From the NCBI GenBank assembly GCA_965113315.1, contig OZ220365.1: DNA of 64,000 bases. One strand, given 5' to 3'. Positions 37,280 to 47,628 of this stretch are shown here, piece by piece. The notes under the pieces were generated by a model. It worked only from the letters and a program-made list of their open reading frames with translations, was not told the DNA's origin and did not search any database. The position numbers and the translations under genes are program-made. This DNA is from Podarcis vaucheri. Lineage: Eukaryota. Position 1 is the stretch's first letter, and each line of letters starts with the position of its first letter.

Positions 37280-38720
37280 TCACTAGGGGCCTGCTTCCGA
37301 GTCACCTTGCGCAGTAGTCAGCGCGATATTAAACAGGCAGAATGGCAAAACGGAGGATCTGCGGAGGGAGATTTCTTGAGCGCTCTTCTCTCCACTAGGA
37401 GAGAGCGGGGGTTGCCAACGAGAACCCAGAGCGGGATAAGTCACCCGACTTGCTGGAGAGGCAATGGCGCCTCGACGCCAGGAGTATTGAGCAGCGACTC
37501 CCCGACAGGCGGACGCGCGTGAACAACCTGTTTTTGTTTTAGCAACAGGGAGCAACGTGCGCGCGCGCCCGCGTGTGAAAGAAGAAGGCAGCGCACGAGC
37601 AAGCACCTTGCCAGCAGCAAGAAGAGTTTCACTCCTGCCGCAGCGCTTTGCTTGGCGTCACCTCTTTTGCACCCAGTCAGTTCCAAGAAGCCTCTTCCTC
37701 CGCCTTTTGCGCAACTCTTCCTCCTCTAGTGTGTCCTCATTTGCCTTTTGCCTGCAGTTAGGAGACGAGAAAGACTCTCGCGTTTACTGAGCTTGGGGAC
37801 GGGTGGAGCGGGTCCCTTGAGATGGCAGCGCGCACCTTGCTTCGAGAGTGGGGCTGGGCGGGGAACCCGGAGTCCAGTTGGACCTGGGGTAGCAGGATTT
37901 GAACCCCCGCTCGGCCATGAAGCTCACTGCGGGACCCTGGGCCGGACACCATCTCTGAGCCTAATCTCCCTCGCGGGGTTGTTGTGAGGATGAAACTGGG
38001 ATGATGGGAACCCTGCAGGCCACACGGAGATCCCTGGAATACAGGAGCGGCGCATAGCGCAAGCTGCCCCCCCCCGACCTTGGCAGCCCCCCCCGGCTCC
38101 CCTCTCCGGGGCGCAACTCCCCCCCCCGCCCCTCTCCGCCCCCTCGGCGGGATCTGTCTGCCGGCTGCGCGGGGGCGACTCGCCTTCCTCTTCGCGCAGC
38201 CCTTGTCCAGACTGGGCGGCTTCATTAACAGCTGGCAGCCCGCGGAAGACGCGCCCAGCCGCGGGGCCTCGCCGGAGCCCGCGCAGTTTCGCTCCTCCTC
38301 CCCGCCCGCCCGCCCAGGAGTTGCAGCCCCAGCCGCGGCGAGGAGGAGCAGGAGCAGCCCGGGCGGGAGCGAGGCCGGCCCAGCGCAACCCGACAAGGCC
38401 CCGCGGAGGAGGCCGAGGGGGCGCACCCGCCCGCGCTCTGGCCGAGAGTCCGGCGGCGAGGGAGCCCCGAGGAGGCGCTGTCCCGCCCGAGAGAGGCGAA
38501 CCGCGGCGCCCTCGCCCTGCCTGCCTCCCCCCCCCCCGGTTATTAGAAATCCCCCCACACAAAGTGGAAAGTTTACCGAAGGGATGAAGAGGAGTGTGCG
38601 GTGTTTTCCTCGCAATATTTACCTTTTGATTTGCTAGTGGGAGTTATATTTGGTTAAAGCCAACCGATTTTCTCGGCGGTGGTTTTAATCTCCCGGGGGC
38701 GGGTGGGACATTGCCCAAGA
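37280..38720. promoter_or_regulatory. Orphan CpG island about 5 kb downstream of the OTX1 stop
   Basis: Very high GC/CpG content with no recognisable coding exon. Confidence 0.7.
37870..38040 (+). mobile_element. Squam3-like tRNA-derived SINE fragment
   Basis: ..CTCGGCCATGAAGCTCACTG..CTCTGAGCCTAATCTCCCTCGCGGGGTTGTTGTGAGGATGAAA; similar to copies at 41615 and 50693. Confidence 0.65.
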
Positions 38721-40120
38721 TGGTCTGACGTAAACTGACGTCTGAATAACCCCAGTCAGAGACGGATTTCAGCTGGCACATTAAATGTATGCAATAAAAT
38801 TACACGATCTTGTCATGCTGAAACTTCAAAAACGTGCTTTTATATGCAAATATCGAAGCAGGTTTGACTACCACGAACTCGCTTGCTAGTAATAATTTAA
38901 TGTAGTTATAATTTGTAGCGAATGAAATAAAATTTACAAGGAAGAAGTTCATTTCACCATTAATAATAGGAAGGTTTTCTAATGTGAAGACAAGATTTTT
39001 CACAACTGACGATACTTTCGTGGTTTTGCCCGTTTGCAATCACAGTATGGGGGGCGGGACACAATATTTGCCCAAAGATAGAGCGTAAAATAACCAAAGA
39101 ACCAGTTATCTTGTGCACGAGCTCGATATTTATGGTTAAGCACACTAACCTGAATTGTTTATTAGAGTTTAGTACTGAGCGGCCAGAATCTTTCAACGCT
39201 ATGAAAGGTCCAGCACTAAAATAAACAGTAATATAGGAAATGCTTTTAAGCAGGCTTAACTGACATGCAGAAATGTTGTGATAAACCTTCAGTAAGTGGA
39301 AGAGGCAAGCCTATCACACCTAAATTAAGCCAAAGGTTAAGCCCTTAATCCTAAACGCATCTATTTAAGAAGCAAGTTCCACTCAACTCATGTGGATTTA
39401 CTTCCAAGTAAAGTATGTTTGGGATCAAGTGTAAAGCCGCTTACATCAGAAGACACTTAAGTGGGGTTTGGACCGAGTTGTTAAAGCAGCAGTAACTATA
39501 ACTGCGAATGTAACATAATTGGGGGGAAATATTTTTTTAAAAAGCTCAAAGAGTTAAGGCAACTTTCAAAAGACAAAAATATAATTAAGAACAACCAAAA
39601 ACGTTTAATTTATGTATAAATTAACTTACACAAAACATTTAAAGCACAAACCTGGGGGCAGTCTCGGTGTCCTAATATTGCTGGTTAAATTACAGAGTCC
39701 TTTTTCTTGCCTCCTTTAATTTTTTCCGTCTTCAAAGTGAATAAATTAAAAGACAGATCTTTAACTCACTCCCACTTCAATATGTCTCTGGCTTGTTATA
39801 GTTGGCTTCAGAATCCGTGACAATGTCCATTTCTGGCTAGGGAGGAATCATGGTGGTTCTATGTGCCAAATGAGTGGTTAACAAACTCACCCAGTTAGTC
39901 TGCAATGGGAGTCTCACACCTCAGTTCTAAGAACGCCTTATTTGGAATTAAATTACTTTTACCTAGTTCTACGCTCCCAAGTCATGTTTGCTATTAATTC
40001 AGAATTGGAATACTGATTCCCTCCCAGCTGGTCAGATAAAACCGCCTTAAACCGCGGTCCTAGCACCTGGATGCCGGTCTGGTTGAAACCAATGGGGTTG
40101 TGTAATGAGTGGAAAGGAAA

Positions 40121-40187
40121 CTGCTTGGCAGGGGGTTGGACTCGATGGCCCTTGTGGTCTCTTCCAACTCTATGATTCTATGATTCT
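40121..40187 (+). mobile_element. Young, extremely 5'-truncated CR1 3' end
   Basis: ..GGGGGTTGGACTCGATGGCCCTTGTGGTCTCTTCCAACTCTATGATTCTATGATTCT with the CR1 (ATTCTATG)n tail; identical over 63 bp to 57892-57954. Confidence 0.9.
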
Positions 40188-40988
40188 TAGGCTGGAAAGT
40201 CGCAGAGGGGAGTCATTGTTCATCTGGCTGGAACGGCAAGGGCTCCAAGGCTGCTCTATAACTGGGCCCATCGCTCCGCCCAGCTGCATTTCAGCTCAGT
40301 CCAAGTAGACGGCTCTAGCTCTGAGGGCTGGGATGATCTTGCGACTAAGATCATGTCGCGCTCACAAGGGAATTCGAGGATAACGTGCAGGATGGGCAAG
40401 GGATGTTGTGTAGGCAGGACATGTGTCCAGGGACGCGGGTGGCATGTGCACAGACAACTCTGGAATAAGAAATAAAAAAATCGGGTGTGGCAGGTGCCCA
40501 TCGCAAGAGCTGTGATTTTAAAGCACACACCTCTCTATGGAGTGCAGGTAACTTGATGGGAAATCGGGTCGTTTTTAGTGTTCTGCTAAACGATGAGGGA
40601 TAATCTTGGCAGAGGCTTCTCTGGTTTGCAGGCTTTCTGATCAGTCGAAAAACAATTTTCATACTTGGCAAAAGAATAAAGGCAGCCCTACCAAGTGGTT
40701 ACAGGCGTACAGCTGTCAAGTCACCACTTGGCAAACGGTCGTCTGAATTCACTCCTAGACTGCAGTTCGGGTCAATCCAGGGATATTGAAATCTGTGACA
40801 GTCTAAGCACCGTAGCTCCCAAGAGAAGCTCGAAGCACACCGTTGCACACTTTAGCAACCCGGATTTCTAAAAGCAGGCGCGCCTTTGTCCTCTTTGGAT
40901 TGTGCCCAGGAGATCCCGGTGCGAGGCAGGGAGCAGTAACGGAAACGGCGCTCGTTGCCTCACCACTACCGCAAGGCGTCAGGTAGTA

Positions 40989-41491
40989 GTTGTTGTTGCT
41001 GTTCAGTCGTTTAGTCGTGCCCGACTCTTCATGGCCCCCTGGACCAGAGCACGCCAGGCACTCCTGTCTTCCACTGCCTCCCGCAGTTTGGTCAAACTTA
41101 TGTTGGTAGCTTTGAGAACACTATCCAACCATCTCGTCCTCTGTTGTCCCCTTCTCCTTGTGCCCTCCATCTTTCCCAGCATCAGGGTCTTTTCCAGGGA
41201 GTCTTCTCTTCTCATGAGGTGGCCAAAGTCTTGGAGCCTCAGCTTCAGGATCTGTCCTTCCAGTGAGCACTCAGGGCTGGTTTCCTTAAGAATGGAGAGG
41301 TTTGATCTTCTTGCAGTCCATGGGACTCTCAAGATTCTCCTCCAGCACCAGAATTCAAAAGCATCCATTCTTCAGTGATCAGCCTTCTTGATGGTCCAGC
41401 TCTCACTTCCATACATCACCACTGAGAAAACCATGGCTTTAACTATACGGACCTTTGTTGGCATGGTGCTGTCTCTGCTTTTTAGGATGCT
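40989..41491 (-). mobile_element. 5'-truncated Bov-B (RTE clade) LINE
   Basis: Minus frame DSILKSRDSTMPTKVRIVKAMVFSVVMYGSESWTIKKADH*RMDAFEFWCWRRILRVPWTARRSN..SRARLND is the Bov-B ORF C-terminus; (CAA)n-like tail; TSD GTCAGGTAGTA at 40978-40988 and 41492-41502. Confidence 0.95.
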
Positions 41492-41614
41492 GTCAGGTAG
41501 TAATCCGCAGAGCGGGAAAGGAAAGATTGCAGGAGCACCGGAGCAGGGCTATTTCCGGGATCGCTGGCAAAGCTCCAGAGTGCCCAGCAGAAAGCACATA
41601 TGCCACCCAGCAGG

Positions 41615-41795
41615 GTTCGGGCTAGGCCTTGGGGGCAGGGTTCAAATCCCCGCTCACTGGGTGACTAGTCGCCATCTCTCAGCCTAACCCACCTCATAGG
41701 GTTGTTGTGGGGATTAACCAAGGAGAGGAACCATGTGCGCCACCTGGAGCTCTTTGAAGGAAAAGGGGGGATATCAATGCCCTAAATAAAATAAA
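41615..41795 (+). mobile_element. Squam3-like SINE
   Basis: Box B-like GGTTCAAATCCC, body CTCTCAGCCTAACCCACCTCATAGGGTTGTTGTG, (TAAA)n tail. Confidence 0.7.
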
Positions 41796-42460
41796 CACAG
41801 ATTTTAGGAAGAAGCTGCCAGCGCTTCACCGCGCGCAGTCTTATCTGCATCAACTGACAGAGGTTCTCCCAAATCCCAGAGGCGGGGGACACCATTCCCG
41901 CCCGCCCCCATGGTGCGGGCTGAGTTTGGCCTCTTCTGCGTGCAAAGCAGATGCTCTCATCGCTGAGCTCCAGTCCGTCTCAATTCAACAGAGGAAGCTG
42001 CCCTACAGGGCCGTCGATCCACCCTGCGTCACTCAGCAATCATGTCCACACTGACAGGCAGCATCTCGGGCGGGGCTCCGGGGAAAGAGCGGGCTGAGCC
42101 TTGGCATTTGGCTCGGGTGTGGAACGAGGCAGGAAAGGTTAGAGCGTCCAGATGGTTGTGAAGCCGGCGCGATGAATTCGAGAAGAGGCACCGGGAAGGA
42201 TTTAGCAGACGGATTTAGATGGCGGTTTGGGTCTTTTAACTTCTACTGTCCTGCTATATAACTAGTAGTGCAAGTCTATACGTGTCTCCTTGGAGGTAAG
42301 CCCCTTGGAATTCAAAGGGACTTACACCCGGTAAGTGTCTACAGGACTGCAGTTTTAACATGTAGGATAGCCGTCGGCAATTCGGAAGCTATATACGAAA
42401 AAAACCCCTGTTTAAATGCAAGTGAAGAATATTTCGTATTTGCTGTAGATAGGCATTCGC

Positions 42461-42810
42461 AGAATTGTAGCGTTGGAAGAGACGCCGAGGGTCATCTAGT
42501 CCAACCCCTGCAACCAGGAATTTCAGCTAAAGCATCCTTCTGCTTAAAAACCTCCAGTGAAGTCCACCACTTTCTGAAGGAGTCTGTTCCATTGTGGAAC
42601 AGCTTTTTCTGTCATAAAGTTCTTCCTGATGTTTAGTCGGAATCTCCTTTGTTGTAACTTGAAGCCATCTTTCCCTCCGGAGCAGGAGAAGGCCTTGATA
42701 AATTTGAAGATGGCTGTCACATCTCCTCTCAGTCTCATGTTTTCTAGGCTAGACATACCAACTCACTCAAATGTTCCACATAAGGCTTGGCTTCCAGACC
42801 CTTGATCACA
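42461..42810 (-). mobile_element. CR1 LINE 3' fragment (older subfamily)
   Basis: Minus ORF SLENMRLRGDVTAIFKFIK..GFKLQQRRFRLNIRKNFMTEKAVPQWNRL is the CR1 ORF2 C-terminus, followed by the CR1 3' UTR. Confidence 0.9.
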
Positions 42811-44934
42811 CTGTAAGAGTCACAGAGCTAGACTAAGATGAGAATCCCACGAAATTTGGGGAAAGTGATTGGTTGATTGGTTGGATTGTAATTATTTACC
42901 GAGTCACTCAGTTACACGCGCAGCTAAACGTGCGAATTGTCTCCAGCGAAAAACATCGCGCCGTCTCCGGTTAAGTCCGCCGAGAAGGTTGCGGGAAACG
43001 ACCCTCCAGCTCACCGGCTGGCGAGATTATTCGCACCAGCTAGATCGACAACAACATGCCTTTCACAAAACTCCAAAGACTCAGACAAAGATTATATTAG
43101 AAATAATCCCTGAAATTTGCGTGTGCGATGTACCCGTGTGTGACAGGGGACTGTTTCCGAGAGGCGGAGGGAGGTAAGAATATTTCCCCCGACTCTGGAC
43201 TAGGGCAGTGCCACTGAACTCCAGAGCTAGGCTGGCCAAGTATTTAATTTTGCAGTCTGGCATCTCCTGTGCCTTTAAACAATTGCGCGGTAGCAAGCGC
43301 AAAGATGCTCCCACCACGGCACCTGTAAAAGTTTCCCCGGTGCTGCGCCCGAGCGCTTTCCGCGCCTCTGCTCCAGGCACCGGCACTCACTGCCTGAGAA
43401 AAAGTGGGCCAGTTTACTGGAAGTTGAGGGGGCGGGCGGCTGGGCGGTGTCAGCGGCTCCCAGGTGCTCACTGGCTCTTTCCTTCCTCCCAACTGCGCCT
43501 TTTGCGCAGCGTGTTCAAGCACAGCGCCTGGAAAACGGAAACGGCGCGGAAGGAGGGCGCCCTCTACAGCTTTCTCGAGGCATAGCCAGGGCCTTCGGGG
43601 GCCCAAAGCACCTGGAGTCCCCGCTACGCAAGGCATGGTGCCTTGATTATGTGCTTAAGTGTCCTTCCCTACGCGGAGGCGCAGCACCAAGCGCGGTGAG
43701 GTCCATTCCAGTCCCTTAGAGAGAGGGGAGAAACAGCCTCCTTTCTTGCGGAAGAAAGGCCGCCTTTGCTGGCTTAGCCTAGAAGGACAGAGGAAGCAGG
43801 CGCTTGTGACTGGGCTGATAACAGCAGTTAGGAGACCCCGCCTTCCCCTCCCTGGTAAGTGAATCTTTCCTCCATCTTTCTTTCTACACTGAAGGTTAAA
43901 GACTTGTCCAAGAGCAGTTTCTGAGGTTATGTGGGGAGCTGGAACTTGCTGCTTGGCTGACCACGTTGCCTGCTTAGAAATCTGGGTCCAGATCTTGCAA
44001 AGGAAGTGTGCTTCCAGACAGAGGTTGGTTCTGGAATCAATGCTGCTCAAGCTCCCTAGTCTTTTGCAGTTGTCCACGTGACATCTTTAAAATTCCAGCA
44101 TGTACATAATCATCTTCATCATCACATCCTCATCATCATTAACATTTAATCTGGATTTCCTTTTACAGCAGAAAATCTGCTGAGTGACAATAACCTGCTG
44201 TACATCTGCAGGAACTGCTGGTCATCAGCACACTTTTTAAAATTGGTGTGCAGTTTGTCATGTGGCTTGGTGACATTTAAGAGGGTGGTCTCTATCATTC
44301 CACTCTACTTCTCATTGCTTCTCACCTGGGCACAGCTTTGCCCTTTTGGTTCTTGAGGCCCAGTGGAGAACAGCCTGCTTATTTATATAGATTTCCACCT
44401 GCTGAAGGCAAGTTAGAATTTTAGAAGCCTTGTTCAGATCAGAAATTGAATCAAGAGCTCCACACATGTGGTGGATTACCTTGGAGGTTGTACCTTGGGG
44501 GAATTTTATTATTATTATAACAGTAGTAATAGTAATGAGGTATTGTGCAAGACTGCTTTATCATAATTTCAGTATAGCTACTTATCAGTCTTGCACAAGA
44601 TCTCTGTATTCTATGTAAAGGAAAATGTGCCGTTAAATTTTAAAATTTTGTACAACTGGATTTCAGGGAGTCAGAAGAAGCCTGGGAACATCATGGTGGG
44701 GTGGAGGAGATTGGGAGTCATTGCAGCTGGCAAGCCAAAATGCTAACCCTGAAGCAACAATTGCCTTAGCAAGGGCGTCAGATTCCTCCCCCAGAACTAC
44801 GGTGGGGAACCTGGTGCCCTTTCAGTGCTGCTTGGACTCCAATGCTCAATTGGTCCCAGCAAAGTACAGCCAGTGATCAGGGATGATGGGTGTTGTAGTT
44901 TAGCATCACGAATCGGAAAGGAGAAGACTCAGAT

Positions 44935-45025
44935 TTGCAAAAGCATACACCATAATAAATGTGTTATTCAACAAGGTACCACAATATTTTTGCTTCAAAG
45001 ACTAACACGTCTACCTCCCTTGAAA
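44935..45025 (+). mobile_element. Penelope-like terminal repeat fragment
   Basis: ..AATAAATGTGTTA..AAGGTACCACAA..AGACTAACACGTCTACC resembles reptile Penelope ends; a similar piece at about 56120-56180. Confidence 0.45.
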
Positions 45026-47628
45026 TTAATCTAGAATAGTTTAACTGAAGTATCATTTAGTGGGACAGTTTCATGCTGTAAGTCATGGGCTGCAATCCCA
45101 TTTGGACCTTCATTCAAATTCACTCCAGGACCAAAAGGCTTCTGTCTTGAATGTGAAATATGCAAACCATTCCCTGCTGAGGAGTCAGATAACGCACTGG
45201 CATATAAGCACACTGTGGATTCATTTGTTGACTTCAGTAGGCTCAGAATTACTTGCAATAGTTAATTTCCTCTTCCCCTTGCCCTGCCTCCCAAACAAGA
45301 CTGTAGGAAGCCAGAATGCAGTCCTGTCCTTCTTTCACCTCCATGTGGAGATGACATGGGAGAACACCAGAAGGTGAATTGAAGTTGTGCGCATAGAGTC
45401 AAAAATAAATTCTTTCTCTAATTCCTCAGAGTGATGGGGAAGGAAATTAAGAGGCTATTAGAGTTAATGTAGGTACACGCTAAAGTATGTATACTAGCTG
45501 TCTCTGCAGTCGCCTGAGTATATGTCTTAATAATGGGCTGCAGGGAAAATAAGTTTGTTTCTTTCCTTTTGAAATTCACAGTAAAATAGGAATTGTAACA
45601 GTGCCCAGGAGCACTGTGGTAATTTAAGGGTCTGTCAACATTTTCATAATAAACTGACGGGGTTTTTTTGGTGGAGGGTTTCCGTATTTCTGACTTGACT
45701 GTTTAAATTTTGCTTCAGGCAGATGGCATACAACTGTAATGTAGAGGAAAAGATATTTAAAAATATAAACACAGCAGGGTTTCAGGTAGTCTTGCAGCCC
45801 AGTTTTAGCCAGTTTAGTTCTACCAAAACTTTGTTTAAGAGCAAAAGGATCTTTTATTGCATCATTACAACTACAAGTTCAGTGATCCCACTTCCACATA
45901 CACAAAGCACTTTGAGAACAATCTGTTTTAAAATAACTGTGATGCTAGAAGCTTGATTTGGGATCCTTCTTGCAACTTCTCTAGTAGCTAAAGCAATAAA
46001 GCATTGCCTTTCCTTTTGAGGAGTGAGGCAGGGGTGTTCTGTTTTATACACTTCTAACTTCCAGTTTGGGGAGCGTTAACATTTTCAGCTTGCAGCGTAG
46101 CTGATGGCACATGCGCTTGACCCAAATATAGCTTTTGTAGAAACACTGGTTCTAGCATCTAGACTGGATAAATGGATGAGATTAAAAACCCTATTGAAAT
46201 TCCAGTGACTCTGCAGTGGTGAAACAGCTCCTAAGTTCAGCAGAATACTGTCCCCTTAGGAATTGTAGTATACTATTAAGATGGCCTACAAACAATCAGT
46301 TCCACAAACTAGTTCAGCAGAGTACTTATTATTGTTACTGTTCTTATTTTATTATTATCACCAGCCCTTCACAAGCAGGGTTATAGCAATTCAGAATTTA
46401 GAATTAAAAACAGTTAAAGCAAATTACAGTCACACAAATAAGGTGTTGGCAGGCTTGGAGGTTTTAAAAAGTGGTAAGGGTTGAATGTGTACTAACCTTA
46501 TAGAAAGCAGAAACAGCAGGTCTGGCAAAGAACAACCTTCTGTGTACTGATAGTAGGACAGCATTCTCCGTGTTGCACCTGAGAGTGGCAGGCTAGCTGG
46601 GGGCCTCTTGTTGTCCTACACAAAGTAGCCCCTAATTTCAAGAGGTCTACTCTGAGTAGGACTAGCACTGAATACCACCCGTGGTTTTGAAATTTCCTAG
46701 AGTTCAGCTAGCATTTTGTCTGGCAGCTCTACTCTATGCACTTAAGGGGATTTTGCTCCCAGCTACCCATTCAGTCACTTTTGACTGCTGCAACATCAGA
46801 CGAGGACTTTCTCTTCACTTCTCCCATCAGAGATTGAGCTAGGCTGTTAACATTTTTTTTAAAAAATCATCTGTAGGTTTAATCTTTCCCTCCCCCCTTC
46901 TGTTCTTTTTGTGTTTGGTTTCTCTCTGTTGCTTCATACACCTCAGGGCAGCTCTCCTGCCTTTTCTCAGGCTTATTATGAGTTTGGGCGACGGGGGTGG
47001 GGGGAAATAGGCTGTATGCACGAATGCAAGTTCCTTCTAACCCCTGGATCCAGCAACTGTTAAAATATAAGCCAGGTGAGCTTCCTGTTTTGAAGTAATC
47101 GCCCGGATGCCTAACAGCAAATGGGTTGCGCCCCTCAGACAAAGCCTGAGTTTAGAGTTAAAAAGGGCAAGCTGGAGAGAGAGAGTCAGAGCAAGGTTTG
47201 AAAGCAAAGTTTGATTTCTGTTTGAATCTAAGACTGTGGCTGTGGGAGAAACTAGACCCTTTTGGGGTGTTAATGCTGTGAACCCCTCCATCGTAGACTC
47301 AGGCTATGTGTATATATGTGTAAATAAACCATATATCCTAAAGACACCAGTCTCCGCTGTCCCTCATTCCAAAAGAAAACACAAACTGTGGGTAAGCACT
47401 TGGAATCTATGGAATCTTGCCCCAGTCGGAGATTGGGGTGGTGTGCAACAGGCCTATAGCTCAGTTCTCTTTTCAGGTCCTCCATTATCTCCCAAGACAG
47501 ATGGATGCCCACAGTAAATTGCTGCCCACTGATGGGCGCAGCCTGTGCCAACTGCACTTGGGAAAAGGGCACATTGTCAATCATTGCAGTGTTACCAGCA
47601 ATTTATGAAAGAAGTGTGCCAACTTGTG

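Noticed and set aside
37758-38637. ORFs of 185-285 aa in the downstream CpG island
   Set aside because: Low-complexity GC artefacts, partly read through a SINE.
45700-46051. Hydrophobic minus-strand translation resembling GPCR TM5-TM7
   Set aside because: Multiple stops, implausible loop length, and T-rich DNA yields hydrophobic peptides by chance.
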